A stretch of 64,000 bases of DNA from Ostreococcus lucimarinus (Eukaryota), in the NCBI GenBank assembly GCA_000092065.1, contig CP000601.1; one strand, 5' to 3'. Position numbers and translations under genes: made by a program. Within the stretch, counting starts at the first letter, position 1, and each line of letters opens with the position of its first letter. Shown here one piece after another: positions 28,067 through 39,380 of this stretch. The notes beneath the pieces were generated by a model. The model searched no databases. It was not told where the DNA came from and worked only from the letters and a program-made list of their open reading frames with translations.

Positions 28067-30365
28067 ATGACGCGCGGTGACGGCGCGCGCGACGGCGCGT
28101 CGACGCCGCGCGCCATCGGGCGCCTGCCGAGCGACGTCGTCAATCGCGTCGCCGCGGGAGAGGTGCGTCGAGGGCCGGCGCGCGACGGCGCGCGCGATGA
28201 GAGATTGAATGTTTGAACGTCAGCTCGACGACGGACGACGCGAACGCGCGACTGACGACGCGAGACGACGCGACGACCGAACGCGCGCGCAGGTGATCCA
28301 TCGACCGTCGAACGCGCTGAAAGAGCTGGTGGAGAACTCGTTGGACGCGGGCGCGAAGTCGATCGCGGTGACGACGAGGGAGGGCGGGAATAAACTGTTG
28401 CGAGTGCAAGACGACGGACACGGAGTGCGAATAGAGGACTTGCCGCTGCTGTGCGAGCGACACGCGACGAGTAAGATTGAAAAGTTTGAGGATTTAGCGC
28501 GATGCGAGAGCTTTGGGTTTCGAGGAGAGGCGCTGGCGAGCATGAGCTACGTGGCGCACGTGTCGGCGACGACGATGGCGGCGGGGGCGACGCACGCGAC
28601 TCGAGCGACGTATACGGATGGGAAGATGGATGCGGAGGGGGCGAAACCGATCGCGGGGGTGTTAGGAACTACGATTAGCGTGGAGAACTTGTTTTATAAC
28701 GTCGTGACTCGAAGGAAGGCGTTGAAGAGCGCGTCAGAGGAGTACTCGAAAGTGCTCGAGGTGTTGCAGAGGTACGCGGCGTTGCGAACGGATGTGGCGT
28801 TCACGTGTCGGAAGCACGGTGAGTCGCGAGCGACGTTGCACACTCCCGTGGCGCAATCGCGCGTCGAGCGGTTGCAGGCGATTTACGGTCCCACGGTGGC
28901 GAGAGATTTGAAGAAGCTCGACTTCGACAGCGAGCTGTCCAAGAAAAAGTTTGATTTCAAGCTGCAAGTGGACGGTTTAGTGAGCGGTGGGAATTATCAT
29001 TCAAAGAAGACGACGTTCATTTTGTTCATCAATTCGCGTTTAGTGGAGTGCGCGCCGCTCAAGCGCGCGTGTGAGTCGGTGTACGCGGCGATACTCCCCA
29101 AGGCTGAGAAGCCGTTTGTATTCATGCACCTCCGCCTGCCGTTTGAAGACGTCGACGTCAACGTGCATCCCACGAAACAGGAGGTGCACTTTCTGCACCA
29201 AGAAGCCATTGTGGAGTTGATTCAGTCCAAACTAGAGAAGATTCTTCTCGCGACGAATTCGTCGCGAACATTCACCGTGCAAACACTGCTTCCTGGCGCG
29301 GAGAAACTGGCAAAGAAGGATGACGAAAACGACGCCGAGCGAAGCGGCGACAAGGAAAATAGCGAAAAAGCGGACGAACCGCCGGCGTCGCAGGCGAAGA
29401 CGATGCGGACACAGCGCGAACGCGCGGGTGGTGATCACAAGCTCGTTCGCACGGATGCGAATTTAGCAGCGGGGAGTTTGGACGCGTACTTGCAGCGAGC
29501 GATGAATTCCGAGGGACGCGAACACGAGAAAATAGAAGAGGTTCGACGCGCGGTGAGAGAGCGTCGAGGACAGCGCACGGAACCCGAAGACACGTACGTG
29601 TGCGAGTTGACGTCTATTCGCCAGCTTAACACCGAAATCGCCAATCGCGCGCACAAGGAGCTCGGCGACGTGATTAAAAATCACACACTCGTCGGCGCCG
29701 TGGACGCGCGCAAAGGCGTGTGGTTACTTCAGCACCAAACCAAGCTCTTCATGGTGGACGCCGTAAAGCTCACCGAGGAAATGTTCCATCAAATGGCTTT
29801 GAAGAACTTCGCCAACTTTGGGTACCAATCGCTGCAAGATCCCGCGTCTTTGGCCGAACTCGCGCTGTGCGCGCTGGAGGATAAATTCGTCGACGACGAA
29901 GAGTGGGACGCGAGCGATGGCTCCAAGGAGGAAGTCGCAGAGAAAATCGCAGAGATGCTCGTCGAAAAGGCGGACATGCTCAAGGAGTATCTCGGCGTCG
30001 TCATCGACAAGGAACGGCGTCAGATCACCGGAGTGCCGTCGATGCTTCCCGGGTACGCGCCGGAAATCGGCAAACTTCCCGAGTTCGTCCTCGCCCTCGC
30101 CGAAGACGTCGATTGGACGAGTGAAAAAGAGTGCTTCGAAACCTGCGCTCGAGTCATCGGCGCATTTTTCGCCATGGACTGCTCTTTCCACGATCCGAAA
30201 GCCGAAGAAGGCGACGCCGAGTCCGACGCTCGTCGCGTCGCTCGCCTCTGCGTCTTTCCCGCGATGAAGCGCCGTCTCGCCCCGCCTCGTCGTTTCGCCG
30301 ACGACGGCACCGTCATTCAGATCGCGTGCCTCGAGCAGTTGTACAAAATTTTCGAGCGCTGTTAG
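28067..30365 (+). CDS. MLH1: DNA mismatch repair protein MLH1 (2 exons: 28067..28162 and 28293..30365)
   Basis: Exon 1 encodes MTRGDGARDGASTPRAIGRLPSDVVNRVAAGE and exon 2 VIHRPSNALKELVENSLDAGAKSI..., matching the MLH1 N-terminus (I.RL...VVNRIAAGEVIQRP.NA.KE..EN.LDA). GHKL ATPase motifs and an MLH1 C-terminal domain follow. Confidence 0.9.
28163..28292 (+). other. MLH1: Spliceosomal intron of MLH1 (130 nt, GTGCGT...CAG)
   Basis: Removing it joins ...AAGE to VIHRP..., restoring the conserved MLH1 N-terminal motif in frame. Confidence 0.85.
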
Positions 30366-30717
30366 TCGGTCCGCGTCGTCGTCGTCGCCCTCGAACGGCG
30401 TCGGCGTTCCGAATCGTCTCGCGGCGCGTCGCCCGGTCGTAAAGCTTGAAATCGTGAACCAACCAGCCGTTCGATTCAACCGACGCGCGTCGACCGCGCG
30501 CGCCTCGGTCGTCACTCCCGCGCGCGCCACCGGCTCGACGGACGGACCGACGCGACCGACGCGACCGACGCGCGCGTTCGAATCGTGCATGCGCGCCGCG
30601 CGTCTCGTCGCCGCGCGCGTCGCCGCGAGAACGCCGACGTCATCGCGTCGCCTCGCCGCTCGAAAACTCAAAACGACGACCCGCGCGCGCGACGCCGCGA
30701 TCGCCGAGCGAGCGAGC

Positions 30718-32702
30718 ATGACGACGGGCGAACGCTCGAACGCGTCGAAGCTCGCGGCGGTGCGAGAGGCGATGGCGAAGCGAGGGGTGCGAGCGGTCGT
30801 CGTGCCGTCGCAGGATCCGCACTTTAGGCGCGTCGGCGAAGCGAAGGCGAACGAACGAAACGAGGAACGACGACGCGCGCGACGGGAAAGACTGACGAAC
30901 GGGCGAGGGCGTGTTTTTGTGGGGAACGCAGTGAGTACGTGGCGGCGTGCTTCGAGCGACGACGATGGTTGAGCGATTTTACGGGGTCGGCGGGGACGGT
31001 GGTGGTGACGGACGCGGCGGCGTTGTTGTGGACGGATGGACGGTATTTCGTGCAGGCTGAAGACGAGCTGAGCGAGGACTGGACTCTGATGCGAAGTGGG
31101 GTGAAGGATGTGCCGGACGTGAAGAAGTGGTTGTGCGCGGAGGAGGCGGGACTGGCGTTTACCGGAGCCAAGGTGGGCATCGATCCAAACGTGCACTCGG
31201 TGAGCGAGGCGCGAGGTTTGAGAGAAGCGTTGAGCGCGTGCGGGATCGAGTTGATGAGCGTCGAAGAGAACTTGGTAGATTTGGTTTGGAGCGATCGTCC
31301 ACCGTTCCCGAAGACGCCGCTCAGAGTGCACCCGATGGAGTACGCGGGGAAGAGCGTGGCGGAAAAATTGGAAAACCTTCGAGAAAAAATGAAGGAAAAC
31401 GACGCGCAGAAGCTCGTCGTGAGCTCGTTGGATGACGTCATGTGGCTATGCAATGTTCGAGGCGGTGATGCACCGTGTAATCCGGTGACGTTGTCTTACG
31501 TCTTGGTGGGTGAAAACGACGCTTCGTTTTACGTCGACACGGACAAGGCGACGCCTGAAGTCGTGGCGCATCTCGCCGAGGCAAACGTGACGATCAAGCC
31601 GTACGAAGACATGGCCAAAGACGTGTATGCCGCGGCACAGCGCGGTGAGCGACTCTGGATGGACGTCGATAAGGTCTCCATCGCCATGCTCGAACAGGCT
31701 GAAGCCGGAGCCGCCGAAGCGCCCAAGGATGCGAAAAAGGTGAAGACGGAGAGCGCGCCGTCCGCCATCAAGGAGGGCACGTGTCCGGTCCCGATCGCAA
31801 AGGCGGTGAAGAATGAGGCCGAGATGGCCGGTATGGTCGAAGCCCACCTCATGGATGGCGCTGCGATGGCTGAATTCTGGTGCGCGATCGAGCGAGACGT
31901 CGCCGAGGGGCGCGCCATTGACGAGTACGAAGCTGGCGAGAGGGTCTTGGCGTGCCGAGCCAAGCAAAACGGTTTCTTCGAAGAATCGTTCCCGACGATC
32001 GCGGGTGAAGGTCCTCATGGCGCCGTGGTGCACTACCGTGCTTCGAAAAAGAGCGCGAGGGCTATCGGTAAGGACAGCTTATTACTCTGCGACAGCGGCG
32101 GCCAGTACGCGTGTGGCACGACGGATGTCACTCGAACGGTGCACTTCGGAACGCCCACCGCTCATCAAAAGGAGTGCTACACGCGCGTGCTCCAAGGTCA
32201 CATCGCACTCGACCAAATGGTTTTCCCTGTCGGCACGAAAGGTTTCGTTCTCGACGCCTTTGCGCGATCGCACCTGTGGGCCAACGGCTTGGATTACCGT
32301 CACGGCACCGGCCACGGCGTCGGCGCGGCGCTCAACGTGCACGAAGGTCCGCAAGGAATCTCTCCGCGTTTTGGAAACATGACGCCCCTTATGCCAGGAA
32401 TGATCTTGAGCAACGAGCCGGGGTATTACGAAGACGGTGCGTTCGGTATCCGCATCGAGACGCTTCTGCAAGTGAAGGAGGCGAAGACTGCGCACAACTT
32501 CGGAGACACTGGATTTTTATGCTTTGACGTCTTGACGTTGATCCCGATTCAAACGAAACTCATGGACTTGAGCATTATGAGTGAAAAAGAAATCGCGTGG
32601 GTGAACGCGTATCACGAAAAAGTTTGGCAACAAATTTCCCCGCGAGTGTCGGGGGAGACTAAAACGTGGCTCGAACGCGCGTGTGCAAAGATTTCCAAGT
32701 AG
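30718..32702 (+). CDS. Xaa-Pro aminopeptidase P (M24B; 2 exons: 30718..30827 and 30932..32702)
   Basis: Exon 1 ...VVPSQDPHF joined to SEYVAACFERRRWLSDFTGSAGTVVV matches the APP N-terminus (PSGDAHQSEYIA..DCRR.F.SGF.GSAGT). Creatinase_N/M24 core with metal ligands (HGTGHGVG, NEPGYYEDG). Confidence 0.85.
30828..30931 (+). other. Candidate GC-AG intron of the aminopeptidase P gene (104 nt, GCGCGT...CGCAG)
   Basis: This is the only splice that restores the conserved PH-x-SEY junction in frame. The donor is GC rather than GT, and the remaining donor positions match the GYGCGT pattern of the other introns. Confidence 0.55.
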
Positions 32703-32883
32703 GCGGCGTAGATTTACGTGTTTTAATTTGATGTTGAATTCGAGGTTGTTTTCGGCGAAAATTTGAATGCGTCTCTCGTTACAACTTTATTTTAGGATCA
32801 CATTCGTTCGTTGAACACAAAAGTATGGTACGACGTATTTTCTCACTGGGACTCTATACCGCTAAGATCAAGAAGCAAAGGCT

Positions 32884-34287
32884 TTAGATGGCCTTGTACT
32901 CAACCTTGGTGATCTTACCCAACATGACGGCGGTGTTACCGTCCAAGAAAGCGATGCGGGAAAGACCTTCGCACTTCTTGAAGGAGTCGACGACGAGCGG
33001 GTGGACCGGCTCGAAGACGCACTCGGCGACTTCGTTGGACTTCAACGACATCGGGGACTCGAGCTTCTTACCGCCGGTTTCCTTGCCAACCTTGAAGTTG
33101 AGCGCGGTCAACTTGCACGCGGAGCGGCCGCATCGGACGAAACCGATGGGGCTGTAGCCCGCCTTGAGTTCACCCGGAATGTCCAAGGTTTGGATTTGCG
33201 CGGTGAACTCCTTGCACGGGGCGAGGGAGGTGTCCTTCTTGTAGATCATCACGTCACCGGTGCGCGGCATGTTGAGCTTGTCGAGACCCTTGATGTTCAT
33301 ACCGACGTTGTCACCCGGCGCGGCGGCTTCGACGCGCTTGTGGTGCATTTCGACGGTGAACACCTTACCACCGCACGGGTTGGAGGAGGTGTGGGTCGGG
33401 AGGAAGACGACGTCTTCACCCGGCTTGACGAGACCTTGCTCGACGCGACCGGCGAGGACATCACCGACACCCTTGATCTTGTAGACACCGGAAATCGGAA
33501 GGCGCATGGCGGCTTCCGTGTTGCGGTCCGGCTTGTCGACCATGTCGTTGAGGACGTTGAGGAGGCAGTCGATGTGGAACTTCTTGCCGCCGCCCATGTA
33601 GTCTTCGACGTCGACGCCGTTCCACCACGGCATCTTCGCGGACTTGGACAACAAGTTGTCGCCGTTCCAGCCAGAGATCGGGAGGACCGGGACGCTCTTC
33701 TCGACGTAATCCTTCTTCCAGCCGACCTTGATCAACATGTTCTTCATTTCGTTGCGAATTTCTTCGTAACGCTCTTGCTTGTAGCCAGCCATGTCGCAAT
33801 CCATCTTGTTGATGCCGCAAATGAGCTGCTTGACGCCGAGCAAGTTGAGAAGACGCGCGTGCTGGCGCGTTTGGCCTTGGACTTCACCAGCCTTGTGGTT
33901 ACCCTTTTGGATGGCGACCGTGAAGTTACCGTCCGCCGGCACCATGAGAAGCGCCACATCGGCTTGCGCCGCGCCGGAAATCATGTTCTTGATGAAATCG
34001 CGGTGACCCGGGGCGTCGATGATGGTGTAGTGCCACTTGTCCGTGAAGAATTCCTTGGTCGTGCAAGAAATCGTCACACCACGCTCACGCTCTTCCTTTT
34101 GGCGATCCATGTAGAACGCGAACGCGAAAGAAGACTTACCGAGCGCATCGGCTTCGGCGCGAAGCTTTTCGAGTTCGCGCTCCGGGATACCCCCGAGCTC
34201 GAATAACAAGCGACCGGTCGTCGTCGACTTACCGGAATCGACGTGACCGCAGATCACGATGGAAAGATGTTCCTTGCCTTCAGACAT
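32884..34287 (-). CDS. EFL: Elongation factor-like GTPase EFL (an EF-1alpha paralogue that replaces EF-1alpha in some lineages)
   Basis: GHVDSGKSTT, DAPGHRDF and NKMD GTPase motifs, plus EFL-specific blocks (MVPADGNFTVAIQKGNHKAGEVQGQTRQHARLLNLLGVKQLICGINKMDCDMAGY). Very strong codon bias, consistent with a highly expressed gene. Confidence 0.93.
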   Translation of the reverse strand: MSEGKEHLSIVICGHVDSGKSTTTGRLLFELGGIPERELEKLRAEADALGKSSFAFAFYMDRQKEERERGVTISCTTKEFFTDKWHYTIIDAPGHRDFIKNMISGAAQADVALLMVPADGNFTVAIQKGNHKAGEVQGQTRQHARLLNLLGVKQLICGINKMDCDMAGYKQERYEEIRNEMKNMLIKVGWKKDYVEKSVPVLPISGWNGDNLLSKSAKMPWWNGVDVEDYMGGGKKFHIDCLLNVLNDMVDKPDRNTEAAMRLPISGVYKIKGVGDVLAGRVEQGLVKPGEDVVFLPTHTSSNPCGGKVFTVEMHHKRVEAAAPGDNVGMNIKGLDKLNMPRTGDVMIYKKDTSLAPCKEFTAQIQTLDIPGELKAGYSPIGFVRCGRSACKLTALNFKVGKETGGKKLESPMSLKSNEVAECVFEPVHPLVVDSFKKCEGLSRIAFLDGNTAVMLGKITKVEYKAI

Positions 34288-34901
34288 TGTGCGTTTATTT
34301 CAACTGTTTCGAGCCACGCGCGCATCGTCAGTCCCCCTTCCTCTCGTCTCGCCTCGTCCCGCGTCCAAACCTCCCGCCATCGCGCCGCCATCGGATCGCG
34401 ATCGTCAACCTCGCCCCCCCCCCTCGCTCGCGACCCTCGCGCGCGTCCCGCGCCGCCCGATCCATCGCGCGCGTATTCCTCCCGATCGTTTCCATCCGCG
34501 ACCGACGCCTCGCGCGTCGCATCGCGGCGTCACCGCGTCCGATCGTCGTCCGCGCGCCGTCCGCGATCGATCGTCGTCCGCGATCGATCGCGCGGCGCCC
34601 GCATCGCCTCGCCCTCGCGTCGTCGCGCGCCCTCGCGCGCGCGCCGCGACGCGCGCGAATATTTCCCACCGCCGCGTCCGTCGATCGCCGTCGCGCGCGC
34701 GTCGTTCGCCGCGCGCGGGCGCACCTTTGACCGTCGAAGAATGGCGCCGCCGCCGTCCTGGGGTCTTCGCGAGGATGCGTCGACGCGTGCGTTTCGTCGA
34801 CGGTTCATGACTCAAGAGTATGTGTCTTCGTATGGGTAAACAGTGTGAGTATCAGCAGAACGCCGCCCAGCCTCGACGGCCCGCGCGGCGGACGCCGCAG
34901 C

Positions 34902-35894
34902 ATGGCGCGCGCGCGCGCCGACGCGCGCGACGCGCGCGCGAGCGATTGGCGCGCGTTCGTCGCCGGCGTCGCGGGCGGCGCGTCGAGCACGCTCGCGCTG
35001 CACCCGCTCGACGTCGTGAAGACGCGGCTGCAGGTGCAGGACGACCCGGACGCGCGACGCGCGCGGTACGCGGGCGCGTGGCGAGGCGCGCGACGGATCG
35101 TCGCCGAGGAAGGCGCGCGCGGGATCTACGCGGGCGCCGCGCCGGCGATCGTCGGGAGCGCGGTGAGCTGGGGGGCGTATTTCGCGTGGTACGACGGCGC
35201 GCGGGCGCGGTACGCGGACGCGCTCGGACGAGAGCGAAACGGGGCGCTGCCGGCGGGCGCGAACATGATGGCGGCCACGGAGGCGGGGGTGGTGACGACG
35301 GTGCTGACGAACCCGATTTGGGTGGTGAAGACGCGGTTGCAGTTGCAGAGAGGAGGAGGATTAGGGGACGCGGCGAGCGAAGCGGCGAAGAGCGGCGAAA
35401 AGCGATACGCGGGATTCGTCGACGCGTTGGCGACGATCGCGCGAAAGGAAGGGTTGAGAGGGTTATACAAGGGACTCGTGCCGTCGATATGGCTCGTCTC
35501 GCACGGTTCGATACAGTTGACGGCGTACGAGTGGTTGAAGGAAATCGCGGCGAGCGGCAGAGCGAGACGCGCGCGAGGGGGCGCGGCGGACGTCGCCCCG
35601 GTCGAGGCTGGCGCCCTGGGCTTGGCGTCGAAATTCATCGCCGTGACCGCGACTTATCCAATTCAAGTCGTGCGCGCGCGCATTCAACAGCGCTCGGACG
35701 TCGGTAGACCCGCGGACGCCCCGACGTACGCGCGCTTCGGCGAAGCCGTCTCGCGCACCTTCGCTCGCGAGGGCGTTCGCGGCTTCTACAAGGGCTTCGC
35801 CCCCAACGTCGTTCGCGTGTTACCGAGTTCGGCCATCACGTTCGCCGCGTACGAGGGCGTTTTAGGCGTATTAAACGACGATCCCGTCGCGTAG
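34902..35894 (+). CDS. Mitochondrial carrier family protein (folate/FAD/NAD-transporter-like)
   Basis: Three Mito_carr repeats with signatures PLDVVKTRLQ, NPIWVVKTRLQ and YPIQVVRARIQ. Confidence 0.85.
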   Translation: MARARADARDARASDWRAFVAGVAGGASSTLALHPLDVVKTRLQVQDDPDARRARYAGAWRGARRIVAEEGARGIYAGAAPAIVGSAVSWGAYFAWYDGARARYADALGRERNGALPAGANMMAATEAGVVTTVLTNPIWVVKTRLQLQRGGGLGDAASEAAKSGEKRYAGFVDALATIARKEGLRGLYKGLVPSIWLVSHGSIQLTAYEWLKEIAASGRARRARGGAADVAPVEAGALGLASKFIAVTATYPIQVVRARIQQRSDVGRPADAPTYARFGEAVSRTFAREGVRGFYKGFAPNVVRVLPSSAITFAAYEGVLGVLNDDPVA

Positions 35895-35920
35895 CGTAGC
35901 GTAGCGTAGCGTAGCGTAGC
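35891..35920. repeat. (GTAGC)5 pentanucleotide microsatellite at or after the carrier stop codon
   Basis: cgtagcgtagcgtagcgtagcgtagc. The first TAG unit is the stop codon of the carrier gene. Confidence 0.9.
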
Positions 35921-36003
35921 CGTTTGCAACGCGTCCTCGCGCGAGGGCGCCTCGAAACGACGATTGGCTTCGCCGACCGACGCCTCGCGCACTTCGCGAC
36001 GCG

Positions 36004-37260
36004 ATGTCGCGCGCGCCCGACGTCGCGAGCGAGCGACGCGACGCGTCGCGCGTGTCCATGCCGTTCGCGCCCGGCGCGATCCCGCGAAGCGAGAGCTACG
36101 ACGCGTTCGTCGCGTCGGTGCCCGACTCGCGCGCGTCGCCGGTGAAATCGCTCGCGCGCGCGCGCGATGCCTCCGCGAGCGCGACGACGGGCGACGACGA
36201 GCGACCGCGCGTGATGCTGCTCCACTGCGGCGGCACGCTCGGGATGGGGGTGGAGTCGTTCGAGCTGCGAGAGGCGGACGTCGTCCCGCGCGCGGGTGGC
36301 AAGTACAGACCGCTGGGGGCGTCGAAATATCTGTTGGACGTGCAGGAGGTGATACCCGAGCTGCGAGATTTCGCGCGGCTGGACGTGGAGGTGTTGATGA
36401 ATAAAGACTCGAGCGAGATGGACGGAAAGGATTGGGTGACGCTCGCGCGGGCGCTGCACGAGAGGAGGGAGGAGTACTCGGCGTTCGTCGTGGCGCACGG
36501 AACGGATACGATGGCGTACGCGGCGAGCGCGCTGTCGTTGATGCTGGTTGGGTTCGGAAAGCCGATCGTGTTGACGGGCTCGCAGTTGCCTCTGTCGTTC
36601 GCGCGATCGGACGCGCGCCAAAATTTGATTGACGCCCTGACGTGCTGTTGCGCGAGTCGAAGCTGCGGAGGTACCGTGGATTTCGCGGAGGTGGCGATTT
36701 GTTTCGGCGGTAAGCTTTTACGCGGGAATCGCGCGTCAAAGACGAGCGCGACGGTGTACGCGGCGTTTAGTTCACCTTCGTATCCAGCGCTCGCGAGATT
36801 AGGAGTGGGGGTCGATTGGAACCACGCGCGTTTGTTACGGCCGGCGCCAGAGTACGCGCCGCAATTTGAGTTGAATTCGAACGTCATACGCGTCCCGGTG
36901 ATTCCTGGCTTAGACATCGAAAAGGCGTACGGCGATTTGTACGGTCGAGGCGTGCGAGGCATCATCTTGGAAGCGTTCGGCGTGGGAAACTTCCCGCAGA
37001 GCCTCGTCCCTTGGCTCACCAGCCAAGCGTCGCGCGGATTGCAAATCTACCTATCGACGCAGTGTCAAAGCGGCGAATTACGACCGGAGCTCTACGCCGC
37101 CGGTCTCGGCGCGTTAGCCGTAGGGGCCAAATCTGGCCCGGTCATGACCAGCGAGTGCGCCGTGGTCAAAATGATGCTCCACATCGCGAATCCCGAGCTC
37201 GAGCTCCACGTATCGTACTCTGGCGAAGCCGGCGACGTCGATTTTTGCGACATCAAGTGA
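36004..37260 (+). CDS. L-asparaginase (type I/cytosolic; N-terminal domain of 60-kDa lysophospholipase type)
   Basis: VMLLHCGGTLGM (Thr catalytic motif), VVAHGTDTMAYAAS and KPIVLTGSQLP. Confidence 0.8.
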   Translation: MSRAPDVASERRDASRVSMPFAPGAIPRSESYDAFVASVPDSRASPVKSLARARDASASATTGDDERPRVMLLHCGGTLGMGVESFELREADVVPRAGGKYRPLGASKYLLDVQEVIPELRDFARLDVEVLMNKDSSEMDGKDWVTLARALHERREEYSAFVVAHGTDTMAYAASALSLMLVGFGKPIVLTGSQLPLSFARSDARQNLIDALTCCCASRSCGGTVDFAEVAICFGGKLLRGNRASKTSATVYAAFSSPSYPALARLGVGVDWNHARLLRPAPEYAPQFELNSNVIRVPVIPGLDIEKAYGDLYGRGVRGIILEAFGVGNFPQSLVPWLTSQASRGLQIYLSTQCQSGELRPELYAAGLGALAVGAKSGPVMTSECAVVKMMLHIANPELELHVSYSGEAGDVDFCDIK

Positions 37261-37518
37261 CCGCTCGCGCCTCGTTCCACGCACTATCCAAACCTAAAAG
37301 TAGCCCTTTTAATTTTAGCCACCGCGCGCCGAATCGACCGACCGCGCCGGCGTCGGGGCCACGGTCAAAATCGCGAACCGCCGCTGGACTCGCGAATGGC
37401 GACTTTGGATGGATGACTTTGGTCGGCATCAGATCGCGACGCGTCCACGACGCACGCGCGCATCGATCTCCCTTTGGACGCGCACACGCGCGCGTGAACG
37501 TGATCCCACGCCGTCGCG

Positions 37519-39286
37519 ATGTCGCTCAAGTCCATCAACCCCAACGCCGAGCTCATGAACGCCGATGCCGCGCTGTTCATGAACATCAACGCCGCCAAGG
37601 GTCTCCAAGACGTGATGAAGACGAATTTAGGCCCGAAAGGGACGATCAAGATGCTCGTCGACGGTGCTGGAGGTGCGTGTACGATCGTTTCGTCGATACA
37701 TCGCGGTTTCGCGCGTCACGGCGGCGCGTGAGAGATGCGCGGTGACGGTGATCTGTTGGATTTCGCGCGAACGCGGCGCGGCGTTGACTCTGTTGACCGA
37801 ACGACTGACGGCGATGTTGAAATCGATGTGCGTAGGTTTGAAGCTCACGAAGGATGGGAACGTGCTGCTGAGAGAGATGCAGATTCAAAACCCGACGGCG
37901 ATCATGATCGCGAGGACGGCGGTGGCGCAGGATGATATCACCGGGGACGGGACGACGACGACGGTGCTCGTCATCGGAGAGTTGTTGAAGCAAGCGGAGC
38001 GGTATTTGAATGAGGGTTTGCATCCGAGAGTGATCGTGGAGGGATTCGATGTGGCGAAACGCGAGTCGCTGAAGTTTTTGGAAACGTTCAAGCGCGCGGC
38101 GCCGGGTGTGGAAGCGCCGGATCGAGAAATGTTGTTGTGCGTGGCGCGCACGGCGTTGCGAACAAAGTTGCGGGAAGAGTTGGCTGATAAGTTGACGACG
38201 ATCGTCGTCGACGCTGTGTTGTGCATCGCCAAACCGGAAGAGTCGATCGATTTGCACATGGTGGAGATCATGACCATGAAGCATCAGACGGATGACGAAA
38301 CCAAATTGATTCAGGGTTTGGTCCTCGACCACGGGGCGAGACATCCGGATATGAAGAGATACGTGGAGGACGCGTTCGTGTTGACGTGTAACATCAGCCT
38401 GGAATACGAACGATCGGAGGTGAACTCGACGTTCATGTACACCGATGCGGAACAGCGCGAGAAGATGGTCGCCGCCGAGCGCGCGTACACCGATGAAACC
38501 GTGCGCAAGGTGATCGCGCTCAAGAAGCAGGTGTGCGACGGCAACGACAAGGGTTTCGTCGTCATCACACAAAAGGGGATCGACCCAATCTCTCTGGACA
38601 TGCTCTGTAAGGAAGGCATTATGGGACTTCGTCGCGCCAAGCGCCGAAACATGGAGCGTCTCGTCCTCGCATGTGGTGGTCAATGCATCAACTCTGTTGA
38701 GGAACTCTCGCCGGAAATTTTGGGCCACGCCGGCGAAGTGTACGAGTACGTCTTGGGCGAGGAAAAGTACACTTTTGTGGAAAAAGTCGTCAACCCGACG
38801 TCGTGCACGGTACTTTTAAAAGGCTCGAACGATCACACCATCGCACAGCTCAAGGATGCGGTGCGAGATGGCTTGCGGGCGGTGAAGAATGTGTTGACCG
38901 ACAAGGCCGTGGTTCCGGGCGCGGGTGCGTTTGAGATGGCCTTGAACAAGCACTTGAAGGAGAACGTCACCAAGATGGTCGAAGGTCGCGCGAAACGCGG
39001 CGTCGAGGCGTTTGCGGAAGCCATGCTCGTGGTCCCGAAGACACTCGCGGAGAACAGCGGTTACGATCCGCAAGACGCCATCATCGACATGCAAGAGGAG
39101 CACGACAGAGGCAACGTCGTCGGTTTCGATATCAGCATCGGCGAGCCCTTCGACCCCACCATGAGTGGTATCTACGACAACTTTCTCGTCAAACAGCAAA
39201 TTCTGCACTCTGCGCCCATCATCGCCACGCAGTTACTCTGCACGGATGAGGTTCTCAGAGCGGGCGTGAACATGCGCAAGCGATGA
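37519..39286 (+). CDS. CCT6: T-complex chaperonin subunit zeta (CCT6; 2 exons: 37519..37672 and 37836..39286)
   Basis: Exon 1 [51 protein letters not shown], joined after a G codon to [40 protein letters not shown]..., aligns colinearly with CCT6. Confidence 0.9.
37673..37835 (+). other. CCT6: Spliceosomal intron of CCT6 (163 nt, GTGCGT...GTAG)
   Basis: The splice restores ...[15 protein letters not shown], which is conserved in CCT zeta. Confidence 0.85.
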
Positions 39287-39324
39287 TCGACGCGAGTCAG
39301 AAACTTATAGAATTTAGTGGTGGT

Positions 39325-39336
39325 GCGTACGCACGT
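39325..39336. repeat. 12-bp perfect palindrome GTGCGTACGCAC between the convergent CCT6 and fibrillin 3' ends
   Basis: Self-complementary 12-mer in the 95-bp space between the two stop codons. Confidence 0.5.
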
Positions 39337-39380
39337 ACGTAGTAGCAGCGTGTGTGAATCTACAAGGAAAGAATTGCTAA

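Noticed and set aside
27673-28143. 156-aa minus-strand ORF and the plus-strand ORF 26883..28070 covering the MLH1 5' region
   Set aside because: They overlap the real MLH1 exon 1 (28067..28162) and its promoter. Both are Arg/Ala-rich with no homology.
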